From NCBI GenBank assembly GCA_963729895.1, contig CAVSQB010000005.1, positions 288,001-352,000 of the forward strand: a stretch of 64,000 bases of DNA. The letters run 5' to 3'. Under the pieces are notes generated by a model. It worked only from the letters and a program-made list of their open reading frames with translations. It searched no databases and was not told where the DNA came from. Source of the stretch: an uncultured Fibrobacterota bacterium. GTDB lineage: Bacteria > Fibrobacterota > Chitinivibrionia > Chitinivibrionales > FEN-1185. Both the position numbers and the translations under genes were made by a program. Below are positions 1 through 9,935 of the stretch, one piece after another (position 1 is the stretch's first letter; the number at the start of each line of letters is the position of its first letter).

Positions 1-131
1 GTTGAACAGTGTGAGGCAGTGAGAGAGTTGATATGGCGATAGGCGGTTGTTCCTCTTTCGTGTTTGCTTTTTGCGTTAACAGGGTAAGGCGGCGTTTCCT
101 TTTTTGTGCTTTTGTAACCGGGTGCTCCTAG

Positions 132-1443
132 CAGGGTGTTGAAAAAGTCTCCCTTTTGTAAACATTTATCCTTATATTATAGGGGAACCCCAACCAAGGA
201 GTATTGATGAGAGGTTCCCAGCCAGCCCAAGGCGGTATGTTCAGCTTCGTTTCTCCGGATTCCCGAGTGCCGGCAACGCACCCGCTTCGTCGTGTCAAAC
301 AGTTTACGGACATAGCGCTGCGCCGCCTTTCTCGTGACTTTGAGGCGATGTACAGCCGGATGGGACGCCCTTCGATACCGCCGGAATGGCTTTTGAAAGC
401 ACAGATATTGATGGCTTTGTTTTCGATACGGTCGGACCGGTTGTTTTGCGAGATGCTGGACTATAACATTCTGTTCCGATGGTTTCTTGACATGGATCTG
501 GATGCGGCATCGTTTGATCATAGTGTGTTTTCGAAGAACCGAGATCGACTTATGGAACAGGAGATTGCGCACCGGCTGATGCAGGAAATCGTGCGTCTTG
601 CTCGTTCCGAAGAGTTGTTGTCCGATGAGCATTTCACGGTTGACGGCACGTTGATTGAAGCCTGGGCATCGATGAAGAGCTTCAAGCGAAAAGACGCGGA
701 ATCGGCGAACAAGACTGACGATGATCGGAGTAATCCGTCGGTTGATTTCCACCATGAGAAGCGAAGCAATGAGACACATCAGAGTTCGACCGATCCAGAG
801 GCGCTGTTGGCTCGGAAGAACAAGAGAACGGGAGCGCAGCTGGCGTATTCCGGTCACGTGCTGATGGAAAACCGAAATGGGTTGTGTGTTGATATCGCCA
901 TTGCGCCAGCGACGGGGACAGCGGAACGGGATATGGCGCTTGAGCTGATAAAGCATGAACGCAGGCGCGGAAAACGCCGGATGAAGACGGTGGGTGCAGA
1001 CAAAGGGTATCATGCAACCGAATTTATCAAGAGCCTGCGACGCCTGCACGTGAAGCCTCACATTGCCGAGAAGGCCAACACTTCGCTTAAAGGGTTGGAT
1101 GGAAGAACGACTCGGCATAAGGGATACAGCGTAAGTCAAAGGAAACGAAAACGGGTTGAAGAGATATTTGGGTGGATCAAGAGCGTCGGTGGCCTGCGGA
1201 AAACTCGGGTAAGAGGAATACGAATCAACCAGACTGTTGCCTACGTGGTTGCCGCAGCGTACAACTTGATACGCATGGTTAAGTTGATGCCGCAAACGGT
1301 GGGGGCAGCATGAGAATGGCCTGGGAATCCGGGGAAATGCCTCGGAACGAGGCAGGTAAAACCTCTCTGACATATGTAAAGTTGAAGTTAGGTTCATAAA
1401 AAATCAACAAGAGCGCTTCTGTTAGGACTATTTCAACACCCTG
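132..1443 (+). mobile_element. IS5-family insertion sequence 'A', copy 1 (1312 bp)
   Basis: TIRs CAGGGTGTTGAAAAAGTC (132-149) and GACTATTTCAACACCCTG (1426-1443), 17/18 match; CTAG on both sides (128-131, 1444-1447); near-identical copies at 8077 and 60917. Confidence 0.95.
204..1313 (+). CDS. IS5-family DDE transposase (copy 1)
   Basis: GRPSIPPE N-terminal motif; FTVDGT, ADKGY and RKRVEEIFGWIK DDE-region motifs; start TTG 204 or ATG 207. Confidence 0.95.
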   Translation: MMRGSQPAQGGMFSFVSPDSRVPATHPLRRVKQFTDIALRRLSRDFEAMYSRMGRPSIPPEWLLKAQILMALFSIRSDRLFCEMLDYNILFRWFLDMDLDAASFDHSVFSKNRDRLMEQEIAHRLMQEIVRLARSEELLSDEHFTVDGTLIEAWASMKSFKRKDAESANKTDDDRSNPSVDFHHEKRSNETHQSSTDPEALLARKNKRTGAQLAYSGHVLMENRNGLCVDIAIAPATGTAERDMALELIKHERRRGKRRMKTVGADKGYHATEFIKSLRRLHVKPHIAEKANTSLKGLDGRTTRHKGYSVSQRKRKRVEEIFGWIKSVGGLRKTRVRGIRINQTVAYVVAAAYNLIRMVKLMPQTVGAA

Positions 1444-1512
1444 CTAGGGTGCGCCCAGCAGATGTTTCGGGCTTGCAGGGGGTGGTGCCCGGCCGCACCC
1501 GCTCGGCAATCC
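1444..1512 (-). repeat. Modular intergenic repeat cluster 1 (54-nt module M1; its remainder lies at 115-131, split by the IS)
   Basis: Joining 115-131 to 1448-1512 gives TAACCGGGTGCTCCTAGGGTGCGCCCAGC...CCGCACCCGCTCGGCAATCC, co-linear with the copies at 59985-60065 and 63911-63992. Confidence 0.85.
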
Positions 1513-1546
1513 AAAATATTCATTAAGATGGCCCGAGTTTCGAAAT

Positions 1547-1575
1547 TTGACAATATCCCTCCACTCAGCTATATT
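1547..1575 (+). promoter_or_regulatory. sigma70-type promoter of bioB
   Basis: TTGACA (1547-1552), 17 bp, TATATT (1570-1575); ATG at 1587. Confidence 0.65.
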
Positions 1576-1586
1576 AGCCGCAGTCT

Positions 1587-2570
1587 ATGAACTCATTTCA
1601 AAAAGCCCGGGACCTGTATACTAAGTCCGTAAAAAACTCCATCAACGAATCCGATCTCGACGCAATCATCGCCTGGCCGGCGTCAGAAATCACACTTCTG
1701 TTCGCCTGCGCCGATCTCGTGCGGCGCGCTTTCTTCAAGAACGTGGTTGATCCATGCGCGCTCATGAACATCAAGTCCGGCGGATGCAGTGAAGACTGCG
1801 CGTACTGCGCCCAGTCGTCGTACAACTCGGCGGACGTCGCGGTGCGGGAGCTAGCTGCTGAGACGGAGATTGTCCGGAATAGCCAATCCGCCTTCGAAAG
1901 GAACCTGACCTTTTGCGTGGTCTCCAGCGGCAGGCGACTATCACCCGGCGAGCTCAAGACAGTCGCGGCCGCCCTCCGGAAATGCAAAGGCGAATTGCAT
2001 GCCTCGCTCGGTATTCTTTCCGAAGAGGAATTCCGTCTGCTCAGGAGCGCCGGCGTTTCATGCTACAATCACAATCTTGAGACCAGCAGGCGTTACTATT
2101 CGACAATCGTGTCCACCCACTCCTATGACGACAGGACGAGAACCGTCAGAGCGGCGAAGAAAGCCGGTCTTTCAGTGTGTTGCGGCGGGATTTTCGGCAT
2201 GGGAGAGACCTGGAGCGACCGGAAGGCGTTGTGCCTCGAATTGCGCTCACTTGACGTTGACACCATACCGATAAACTTCAACCTCGCCATTCCCGGCACT
2301 CGGGTGAAGCCGCCGGAAGAATCGCCGATGGAGTTTCTGAAGATCGTTTCCCTGTTCAGGCTTGCGCACCCAGACAAGACCATCAAGATCTGCGGCGGCA
2401 GGGAAAAGAACCTTGGAAGGATGCAGTCGCTCATGTTCTGCGCCGGAGCAAACGGGTATATATCCGGCGATTATCTGACGACAAAAGGTGACAGCGTGGA
2501 GTCGGATGACGAAATGATAGGGATGCTGGGGCTTGCGAAGAGGCATGGTGCGCGGCTTCGTACCTCATAG
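1587..2570 (+). CDS. bioB: Biotin synthase (radical SAM)
   Basis: CSEDCAYC radical-SAM triad, YNHNLETS, CCGGIFGMGE, IPINF..IPGT and GDYLTT motifs. Confidence 0.93.
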   Translation: MNSFQKARDLYTKSVKNSINESDLDAIIAWPASEITLLFACADLVRRAFFKNVVDPCALMNIKSGGCSEDCAYCAQSSYNSADVAVRELAAETEIVRNSQSAFERNLTFCVVSSGRRLSPGELKTVAAALRKCKGELHASLGILSEEEFRLLRSAGVSCYNHNLETSRRYYSTIVSTHSYDDRTRTVRAAKKAGLSVCCGGIFGMGETWSDRKALCLELRSLDVDTIPINFNLAIPGTRVKPPEESPMEFLKIVSLFRLAHPDKTIKICGGREKNLGRMQSLMFCAGANGYISGDYLTTKGDSVESDDEMIGMLGLAKRHGARLRTS

Positions 2571-2579
2571 CGGCTTCGT

Positions 2580-4040
2580 ATGACTGCAGCGGGCTTATTA
2601 CAGCTTTCTTTTCTCCTGGGCGCTGCTGCCGTGACTAATGCGAACGAATTTCGCGTCGGTCAAAGGGACACGATATACAATTCCACCGATCTCGGCAATG
2701 TCGAAACGAATATTCCCCGCCGCAATTACCCCCTGCAGGACAGCTTGATTCGGCCCGCGCGCAGCGGGGGGCCGGTTTTCGACCAGCCGATGAGTACACT
2801 GCGCAGGAATGCCGACTCAATGACATTCTTCATGTGCAATGGTTGGAGCTGCAATTTCTTTAAGGGCACGCTTGCGAAACCCCTTGGCACACTGTCCTCC
2901 GTTCGGGCTCCCGATTACGGAATTTTGCAATCGAACGAATTGCTGTACGTCGACACTGTCGTTGCTTCCTCGTCGCCACTTTCTTCTCCCCGCGCCAGGA
3001 GTGTTTTCACCATACGGTACGACAAGACGGACAGGGTTTGGATGGACTATGTGTGGATTCCTAATATTTACAAAGTACAGGCTTCCGATGTCCCAGAGCC
3101 CAATCCCGAGCAGGTGAAGGCCGGTGATCTGCTCGGGCTTGTCCATGTCGAAACAATGGTCTTAACATCTGCAAAGGACTCCATGTTCGATTCGGTATAT
3201 TCCATAGGGCTTGCCTATTCGGCGGATACCGGCAGGCGCTGGGCATACTGCGGCGACATCATCAGAACGGGGTGCAACAGCGGCAACGGAACCAATAATA
3301 TCGGTGGAATTCCCTATATTGTCTATGAGGATGCAAAAAACACGAAATGGCTGTATGTGTATTATAACGAATTCGGCAACCCGCTGTGGTTTTACCCGCC
3401 AAGGGATTTTCACTGCGGAAAAAGGCAGTGCGTCGCCCGCGACACCCTGTCTGATGCGCTTGTCAAGGCACGGCACAATTTCAACCACAGCCGATCTTTT
3501 GTGCTCCATGATGTGCCCGTGTTCCACAAATGCAAAGGCACGGCCCCTGCCGAATGGTCGGCCAAGAAAGCCGTTGAAAAGGATACGGGGGTCCAAATAA
3601 TTCCCCGGTGCCCGGATGTTCCGGTGCCGTTTCCTGGTGAGGGCGGAGGCGGGGCCGATTCACTTCTTTACGATTTTCATTCCGACGCCGCGTATTGCAG
3701 CGTTCTGGGGAAATACGTGATAACCGTGAGCAACGGACCGGGCTCGCCTCCCGCCTTTGGGGCGCTGATGCTTTACTCTTCCACGGACGGGGTCAACTGG
3801 GGAAGTCCGACCATAATCGATACCGCGGCTGTACCGGGCTACTATGTGGAGAAAGCGCATTCCTTCTTTGCGGCGCTTGATTCGTCGGCTGCGGATGACT
3901 GCCACGAGGTGGGGAAGCAGTTCTACATTTATTTCCCCTACACGTATTTTCGTGACAAATGGCATCCGCCAAGAAATCAGGATTTCTTCAGGAGGCAAAT
4001 CACCGTTGTTCCGGACACGGTCACGCGAAAAACAAAATAG
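2580..4040 (+). CDS. Secreted hypothetical protein, possibly a beta-propeller glycosidase-like fold
   Basis: 486-aa ORF with signal peptide; Asp-box-like SADTGRRW and STDGVNW motifs. Confidence 0.6.
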   Translation: MTAAGLLQLSFLLGAAAVTNANEFRVGQRDTIYNSTDLGNVETNIPRRNYPLQDSLIRPARSGGPVFDQPMSTLRRNADSMTFFMCNGWSCNFFKGTLAKPLGTLSSVRAPDYGILQSNELLYVDTVVASSSPLSSPRARSVFTIRYDKTDRVWMDYVWIPNIYKVQASDVPEPNPEQVKAGDLLGLVHVETMVLTSAKDSMFDSVYSIGLAYSADTGRRWAYCGDIIRTGCNSGNGTNNIGGIPYIVYEDAKNTKWLYVYYNEFGNPLWFYPPRDFHCGKRQCVARDTLSDALVKARHNFNHSRSFVLHDVPVFHKCKGTAPAEWSAKKAVEKDTGVQIIPRCPDVPVPFPGEGGGGADSLLYDFHSDAAYCSVLGKYVITVSNGPGSPPAFGALMLYSSTDGVNWGSPTIIDTAAVPGYYVEKAHSFFAALDSSAADDCHEVGKQFYIYFPYTYFRDKWHPPRNQDFFRRQITVVPDTVTRKTK

Positions 4041-4153
4041 GGGACTGCGCGGCCCTGCTTTCCTAAAAGCAAAAAGCCCGCTTCTCCCTGCCTTTGCACA
4101 AAGAGAAACGAGCTTCTATTTCAAAAACCGAACCTTTGCGGGTTCAGTCTCGC

Positions 4154-4468
4154 TTACCAGCGTTGACCGCCGCCGCCGCCTCCGTATCCGCCTCTGCCGC
4201 CGCGTCCGCCGCCACCTTCCGGTTTGGGACGAGCTTCATTAACGGTGAGCGCACGGCCTTCGACCTCTTTGCCGTTCATTGCCGAGATCGCAGCCTGTGC
4301 TTCCTGATCCGAGCCCATTTCCACGAACCCGAAACCTTTTGATCTGCCAGAGTCGCGGTCCATGATGACCTTGGCTGAGGCTACCGTACCAAAACCTGCA
4401 AACAGCTGCTGAAGAGCAGCATCGTCGACACTGTAGGCAAGGTTGCCTACGTATAACTTGTTACCCAT
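4154..4468 (-). CDS. RRM (RNP-1) RNA-binding protein with Gly/Arg-rich tail
   Basis: LYVGNL (RNP2), KGFGFVEM (RNP1), VNEARP, GGRGG tail; AAGGAG RBS. Confidence 0.95.
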   Translation of the reverse strand: MGNKLYVGNLAYSVDDAALQQLFAGFGTVASAKVIMDRDSGRSKGFGFVEMGSDQEAQAAISAMNGKEVEGRALTVNEARPKPEGGGGRGGRGGYGGGGGGQRW

Positions 4469-4898
4469 CGAGACACTCCTTTAGGACAGATTGTGACACA
4501 CTACGATCGCCAGGGCAAAGGAATGCACTGCAACCGCTTCATATACTAATATAGTTTCTTTTGCAAAGGTAGCTATGGCAAAATAATCTTTTTTTTGTCA
4601 GAGCTTTTCTCATGGTTTCCCGGTTACCGGAATTCTGCACCATGTTAGTAACGATTTTTCCGCTTTTCTGATGGCATGCCTTGGAAGAGATTCCTATGAA
4701 AATGCACTCTCCAGCTCATGATCGCGGATAAGAAGGTCGCCCTTCCCGCCACTCTTTTCACGCAAAAAGGAGGCCATGCGCAGGAGGCATAATGCTGCAG
4801 GCATCAAAAAGGCGTGATGGAAAGAACCCCGTACGAAGGCGGCCCTGCCCGATTCTTCGCAGTGTACATGTTCCGCTGAGGACCCTTTCCGGAGCATT

Positions 4899-5144
4899 CT
4901 ACATTGCCGTACCGCAGCAGCCGCCGCCGGCTCCGCAGGCCTGGGCCCCCGGACAGGCGGCGCCGCTCGAACACGCCGGACCGCTGGAGATCCGGCCCAT
5001 TGCAATGCCGCCCACCCGCGACATCAACTTTTCGGTTTCTTTCGAATTGCATGCCGGGCAGGGGAGAGTCTTGTTTGTGAATGAAGATACAATCTCCTCA
5101 AACACGTTTCCACATTTCTTGCATTCGTATTCATAGATTGGCAT
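4899..5144 (-). CDS. FmdB-family zinc-ribbon protein
   Basis: MPIYEYECKKCG...CPAC and Cys-rich tail; start placed at ATG 5144 behind AAAGGA. Confidence 0.85.
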   Translation of the reverse strand: MPIYEYECKKCGNVFEEIVSSFTNKTLPCPACNSKETEKLMSRVGGIAMGRISSGPACSSGAACPGAQACGAGGGCCGTAM

Positions 5145-5246
5145 GACGGCATCCTTTCGCAAAAAACCAAAAATACATGATCCGCGGGGCGGGGTATTTG
5201 AGATTTTCCCGCGTAGTGCGGGAACGGCTGACACGGGGAACGGCCC

Positions 5247-7349
5247 TCAGAATTTGACGCCCACTGCTGCCGAAACCAGTCGAAGAGGCGCGTAGGTACC
5301 GGCCTGTTCCTCAATCGTGGCGTTGGTGAGGTTCTCACAATTCACGCCGAACCAGAACCAGCGGTATGCTATCTTCACGGATGCGTCCATCCTGAAATAG
5401 GGAGCAAGGGTAACATATTCCGGGGTGAAATCGCCGGGATTTGTAAATGCACGAGTTGAATCCAGTGCAGCCGCCTGCCAATCCAGGTACTCGCGGCTGC
5501 CGACGTAATCTTCGAGCACGGAGCCGCTCACCGTTATGGGACCAAACGTTCTTCCAAAATATACGCCGACATTGAATGCGTGCTCCGGGATGTAATCGAG
5601 GCTGCCCTTCATCTGCATGTTCTCCGATTTCGTGAAGGTGTAGTTAAAGAACAGCGTTCCCCAGGGCATGAGTCTAGCCTGGACCGACGTTTCCATCCCG
5701 CTGGACCAGGCATTTTCGATGTTCTGGTTGCTCAGCAACGCATTTTGCAGAAAGTCCTCAAGGTATTGGTTTACAACTTTCTGAGTGATCAAATCGTTCA
5801 TATAATTGTAAAACCCGGAAACTCGGATGTTCATCCACTTGAAGAGATCGATTTGGGGGCCTCCGTCCACGGTCCAGATGTATTCGGGCACCAAGGCGGG
5901 GTTCGAAACGAGCGTGGAGCTGTTGTTGATGGGCAGGTCGGGCAGATACAGTTCCGCCAGAGACGGGGCGCGAAATGCCCTTCCCGCGGTAATCTTGAGG
6001 CTGAGGATGTCGTTCTGTTTGTAAACGAGCCCGAGCTTCGGGCACAGAGCGGCGCCGAACACGGAATTGTAATCGAGCCGCGCGCCGGCAATGGCTATCA
6101 TCCTCCAGAACCGCATTTCGTCCTGCGCATACAGGCCGCCGTTCACCATGGATTTGTTCGTGCTGTCCGCGTTCCGGAGCAGATCGCCCGTGGCAGGGTC
6201 GCGTTGTGCGCCGAAATCGACGCTGTTGTCAAGAAGGTCGAAACCCGCCGTGATCGTATGGTGCGCTCCCAGCCTGATCGTGGACTGCGCGTCGATTTCA
6301 AGATCGTTGGACGACGATTTCCAGACGCTGCCCGCGGTGTCGAGGGTCGAATCGGCCAGCATGCGGATGCCCTGGCCGTAGAATGTTCCCGACAGAGTGC
6401 CATAGTACCCGCCGACCTTGAGATCAAGAGACGGGGAAACGTTTACTTTAAGGACAGGACCGATGAGAACTTTTTGGCCAAACACGGAAACATCGGTGGA
6501 AGGGCTGCCGTACTCGGTTTTGCCGAATCCGAGATCGCTGTCAAAATACCTGGCGTTAAGCGTCAGGGTAGCCCTGCTTGATAGTGCGTAACCGAACTTG
6601 CCGAAAAGCCTGCGATCGTAATAGCCGTAATTGTCCGAATTGGTGTACCGGTGCTGGTCGCCAAAGGGGTGGTCGATTGAGTCTCTGCCTGTCCAGTTGT
6701 CGATGCCCCGTGCCGAGGCATTCACGAGAAGGGAAAAGCGCCCGACGGTGGCCGTCCCTTCGCCTTCGCAATCGTAATAGCCCGCGGTTCCCGACCCCTC
6801 GAGCTGGCCGTGAATTCCCGGGCCCGGGTTCTTTGTGATGATGTTCACGACGCCGCCGAATGCGTTGGGGCCATACAGGCTCGAATACGGTCCCTGAACC
6901 ACCTCTATGCGCTCTATTGACTGCAAGGGAACCTCATTGAGAATGAGAAACGGCGTGCCTGCCGCATTGGTGGGTATACCGTCGACAAGGATAAGCGTCC
7001 GGGACGCGGCAGTGGCTGCGGGAACGCCGCGCATGTTGACGTTGGTGGGAACTCCTTCTCCCATGCCGACCGGGCGCTGGACTGTGAGGCCCGGTTCGTA
7101 CAGAAGGAGGTCGCTGACGTTTGCGGCGGGTGAGGATTCGATCTGCTGCCTGGTTATCACCGACACCGCGGCCGGGTTGTCTTCTATGGAACGTGCGGTC
7201 CGCGTGCCGGTAATCACCATTTTGTCGAGCGAGGCGGCGCTGTCGAAACGGGCCGGCGCGTCGGTTGCGGGGGAAACGGCTGAGTCCGGCGTAGCGCTTG
7301 CATTTGCAAATGCGATCAGCGCCATGCTTGCGGCAAGGGCCGGTTTCAC
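5247..7349 (-). CDS. TonB-dependent outer-membrane receptor
   Basis: Signal peptide, VITGTRT TonB-box region, plug motifs LVDGIP and IERIEVVQGPYSSLYG..GGVVNIIT, C-terminal Phe. Confidence 0.92.
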   Translation of the reverse strand: MKPALAASMALIAFANASATPDSAVSPATDAPARFDSAASLDKMVITGTRTARSIEDNPAAVSVITRQQIESSPAANVSDLLLYEPGLTVQRPVGMGEGVPTNVNMRGVPAATAASRTLILVDGIPTNAAGTPFLILNEVPLQSIERIEVVQGPYSSLYGPNAFGGVVNIITKNPGPGIHGQLEGSGTAGYYDCEGEGTATVGRFSLLVNASARGIDNWTGRDSIDHPFGDQHRYTNSDNYGYYDRRLFGKFGYALSSRATLTLNARYFDSDLGFGKTEYGSPSTDVSVFGQKVLIGPVLKVNVSPSLDLKVGGYYGTLSGTFYGQGIRMLADSTLDTAGSVWKSSSNDLEIDAQSTIRLGAHHTITAGFDLLDNSVDFGAQRDPATGDLLRNADSTNKSMVNGGLYAQDEMRFWRMIAIAGARLDYNSVFGAALCPKLGLVYKQNDILSLKITAGRAFRAPSLAELYLPDLPINNSSTLVSNPALVPEYIWTVDGGPQIDLFKWMNIRVSGFYNYMNDLITQKVVNQYLEDFLQNALLSNQNIENAWSSGMETSVQARLMPWGTLFFNYTFTKSENMQMKGSLDYIPEHAFNVGVYFGRTFGPITVSGSVLEDYVGSREYLDWQAAALDSTRAFTNPGDFTPEYVTLAPYFRMDASVKIAYRWFWFGVNCENLTNATIEEQAGTYAPLRLVSAAVGVKF

Positions 7350-7362
7350 GGGGCGTTCCTTT

Positions 7363-8076
7363 CTAGCGGAGAAGAAAGCCCCTGAATTCGTGGAGGTCCG
7401 GTTCCGGCACTCCGCATGATTTCAGGTATCCGTCGATGGTCCCGAACGTTGCGGCGATTTCGTTGAACACGGCCTGCACGTAGCTCTCGTGCGCGGTGAA
7501 CGCGGCTTCAAAATTGTCGGTGGACACAAACCCAAGTGAGACGGCCCGCAGGACGCGGGCCATGGTCTGGACTCTGGGGACCGAATAGCCGGCCGAGAGA
7601 AGGTAATCGCGGATAATGACGTTTTTGTCAACCCCGAGGGAAAGCAGCATGAGGGCGCATACGAATCCGGTGCGGTCCTGGCCGGCGCGGCAGTGAATGA
7701 GCAGCGGGTAGTTATGAGGTGCTGCGAGGATGACAAACAGGCGTCGTACCGTCACCATTTCGTCCTTAACGAGCCCCGCATACACCGACGCCACGATGGA
7801 GGAAATCCTCTCGCGGGTGTTTTTGCGGTAGAGGACCGGCTGAACCTTCTGGCGGTATTTTGCCTCCAGCTCGATGGGGAGGCACACCGTGTTCACGCCT
7901 TCGCCGATGACCTTGCACTTTGCGGATTCTTTGGCCGAACGCAGATCGACAACGGTCCGTATGCCGAGGGAAAGCACGCTCTGGATCTCTCCTTTTGTCA
8001 TTGCACCGAGCTGGCCGGACCGGAAGAGAAGGCCGGACCGTATCTTTTTTCCGTCCAGGGCAAGATGCCCGCCTAG
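7363..8076 (-). pseudogene. Protein-tyrosine phosphatase (PtpB/IphP-like), 5' end cut by IS copy 2
   Basis: HCRAGQDRTG active-site loop, VVDLRS, DYLLS; frame continues upstream of ATG 8001 as LGGHLALDGKKIRSGLLFRSGQL up to the IS junction; the usual preceding N-x-R-D is absent. Confidence 0.75.
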
Positions 8077-9388
8077 CAGGGTGTTGAAAAAGTCTCCCTT
8101 TTGTAAACATTTATCCTTATATTATAGGGGAACCCCAACCAAGGAGTATTGATGAGAGGTTCCCAGCCAGCCCAAGGCGGTATGTTCAGCTTCGTTTCTC
8201 CGGATTCCCGAGTGCCGGCAACGCACCCGCTTCGTCGTGTCAAACAGTTTACGGACATAGCGCTGCGCCGCCTTTCTCGTGACTTTGAGGCGATGTACAG
8301 CCGGATGGGACGCCCTTCGATACCGCCGGAATGGCTTTTGAAAGCACAGATATTGATGGCTTTGTTTTCGATACGGTCGGACCGGTTGTTTTGCGAGATG
8401 CTGGACTATAACATTCTGTTCCGATGGTTTCTTGACATGGATCTGGATGCGGCATCGTTTGATCATAGTGTGTTTTCGAAGAACCGAGATCGACTTATGG
8501 AACAGGAGATTGCGCACCGGCTGATGCAGGAAATCGTGCGTCTTGCTCGTTCCGAAGAGTTGTTGTCCGATGAGCATTTCACGGTTGACGGCACGTTGAT
8601 TGAAGCCTGGGCATCGATGAAGAGCTTCAAGCGAAAAGACGCGGAATCGGCGAACAAGACTGACGATGATCGGAGTAATCCGTCGGTTGATTTCCACCAT
8701 GAGAAGCGAAGCAATGAGACACATCAGAGTTCGACCGATCCAGAGGCGCTGTTGGCTCGGAAGAACAAGAGAACGGGAGCGCAGCTGGCGTATTCCGGTC
8801 ACGTGCTGATGGAAAACCGAAATGGGTTGTGTGTTGATATCGCCATTGCGCCAGCGACGGGGACAGCGGAACGGGATATGGCGCTTGAGCTGATAAAGCA
8901 TGAACGCAGGCGCGGAAAACGCCGGATGAAGACGGTGGGTGCAGACAAAGGGTATCATGCAACCGAATTTATCAAGAGCCTGCGACGCCTGCACGTGAAG
9001 CCTCACATTGCCGAGAAGGCCAACACTTCGCTTAAAGGGTTGGATGGAAGAACGACTCGGCATAAGGGATACAGCGTAAGTCAAAGGAAACGAAAACGGG
9101 TTGAAGAGATATTTGGGTGGATCAAGAGCGTCGGTGGCCTGCGGAAAACTCGGGTAAGAGGAATACGAATCAACCAGACTGTTGCCTACGTGGTTGCCGC
9201 AGCGTACAACTTGATACGCATGGTTAAGTTGATGCCGCAAACGGTGGGGGCAGCATGAGAATGGCCTGGGAATCCGGGGAAATGCCTCGGAACGAGGCAG
9301 GTAAAACCTCTCTGACATATGTAAAGTTGAAGTTAGGTTCATAAAAAATCAACAAGAGCGCTTCTGTTAGGACTATTTCAACAACCTG
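8077..9388 (+). mobile_element. IS5-family element 'A', copy 2
   Basis: Same 1312 bp and TIRs; CTAG at 8073-8076 and 9389-9392. Confidence 0.95.
8149..9258 (+). CDS. IS5-family transposase (copy 2)
   Basis: Protein identical to 204..1313. Confidence 0.95.
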   Translation: MMRGSQPAQGGMFSFVSPDSRVPATHPLRRVKQFTDIALRRLSRDFEAMYSRMGRPSIPPEWLLKAQILMALFSIRSDRLFCEMLDYNILFRWFLDMDLDAASFDHSVFSKNRDRLMEQEIAHRLMQEIVRLARSEELLSDEHFTVDGTLIEAWASMKSFKRKDAESANKTDDDRSNPSVDFHHEKRSNETHQSSTDPEALLARKNKRTGAQLAYSGHVLMENRNGLCVDIAIAPATGTAERDMALELIKHERRRGKRRMKTVGADKGYHATEFIKSLRRLHVKPHIAEKANTSLKGLDGRTTRHKGYSVSQRKRKRVEEIFGWIKSVGGLRKTRVRGIRINQTVAYVVAAAYNLIRMVKLMPQTVGAA

Positions 9389-9441
9389 CTAGGGCGCCCT
9401 GCCGCGTTGCGGCGGTAGCTAAATCAATCTAATGCAATTTT

Positions 9442-9894
9442 GGTTTTGCTGAGCGGGTGCGGCGTGGATGTACCCGTGGCAATATAAATGTAATGATCTG
9501 GGTGCCCCGCCGCGTTGCGTCGTCGGCTCTTCCTACAGGCTCGGCCCGTGGCCTCGGTGCTGGTCCGCCCTATGCCTACGGCCGGGTCGGCCGGCACTGC
9601 GCTGTAGCGCACCTTGCGGTCGCGCCTGGCGCTGGGCAGAAGATCGTTGCCACAATTGTCAAGCTGCATGCGTTCAATGCCGCCATGCAGCATTGTCTCG
9701 CTAACCCGGATACAGCCTTGGCCTTCACAACTGCACCTCGTGGGTGCCCCACAGCAGAGGATTGGATTCCAGCACCCAATTCCACTCTGGGGTCACCTGG
9801 CTCGGCTATCCAAATACTCTTCTTGATGTTCTTCAAGGAATGTTGCTTTCGATTCTCGCAAATAAACTCTCTTGGGGCACCCAGACTGCTATCC
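9442..9894 (+). repeat. Modular repeat cluster 2 (L unit - M4 - M2 - M3/R units)
   Basis: GCTGAGCGGGTGCGGCG; TCGGCCCGTGGCCTCGGT...CCACAATTGTCAA; CACCTCGTGGGTGCCCCAC...GGGGTCACCTGGCTCGGCTATCC; GGGGCACCCAGACTGCTATCC. Confidence 0.85.
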
Positions 9895-9935
9895 AGCGGC
9901 ATATTGTTTTCTAATGACAGGTCACATGCAAGGAT

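Noticed and set aside
177..1397. Long antisense ORFs over transposases and core genes (also 8122-9342, 28056-29246, 33893-35878, 40979-42049, 56309-57721)
   Set aside because: Shadow frames of well-supported genes in GC-rich DNA; no recognisable motifs
132..9388. Composite transposon carrying bioB and the TonB receptor between IS5-A copies 1 and 2
   Set aside because: The two flanks of copy 1 rejoin into one repeat module, showing an independent insertion; the shared CTAG is target preference
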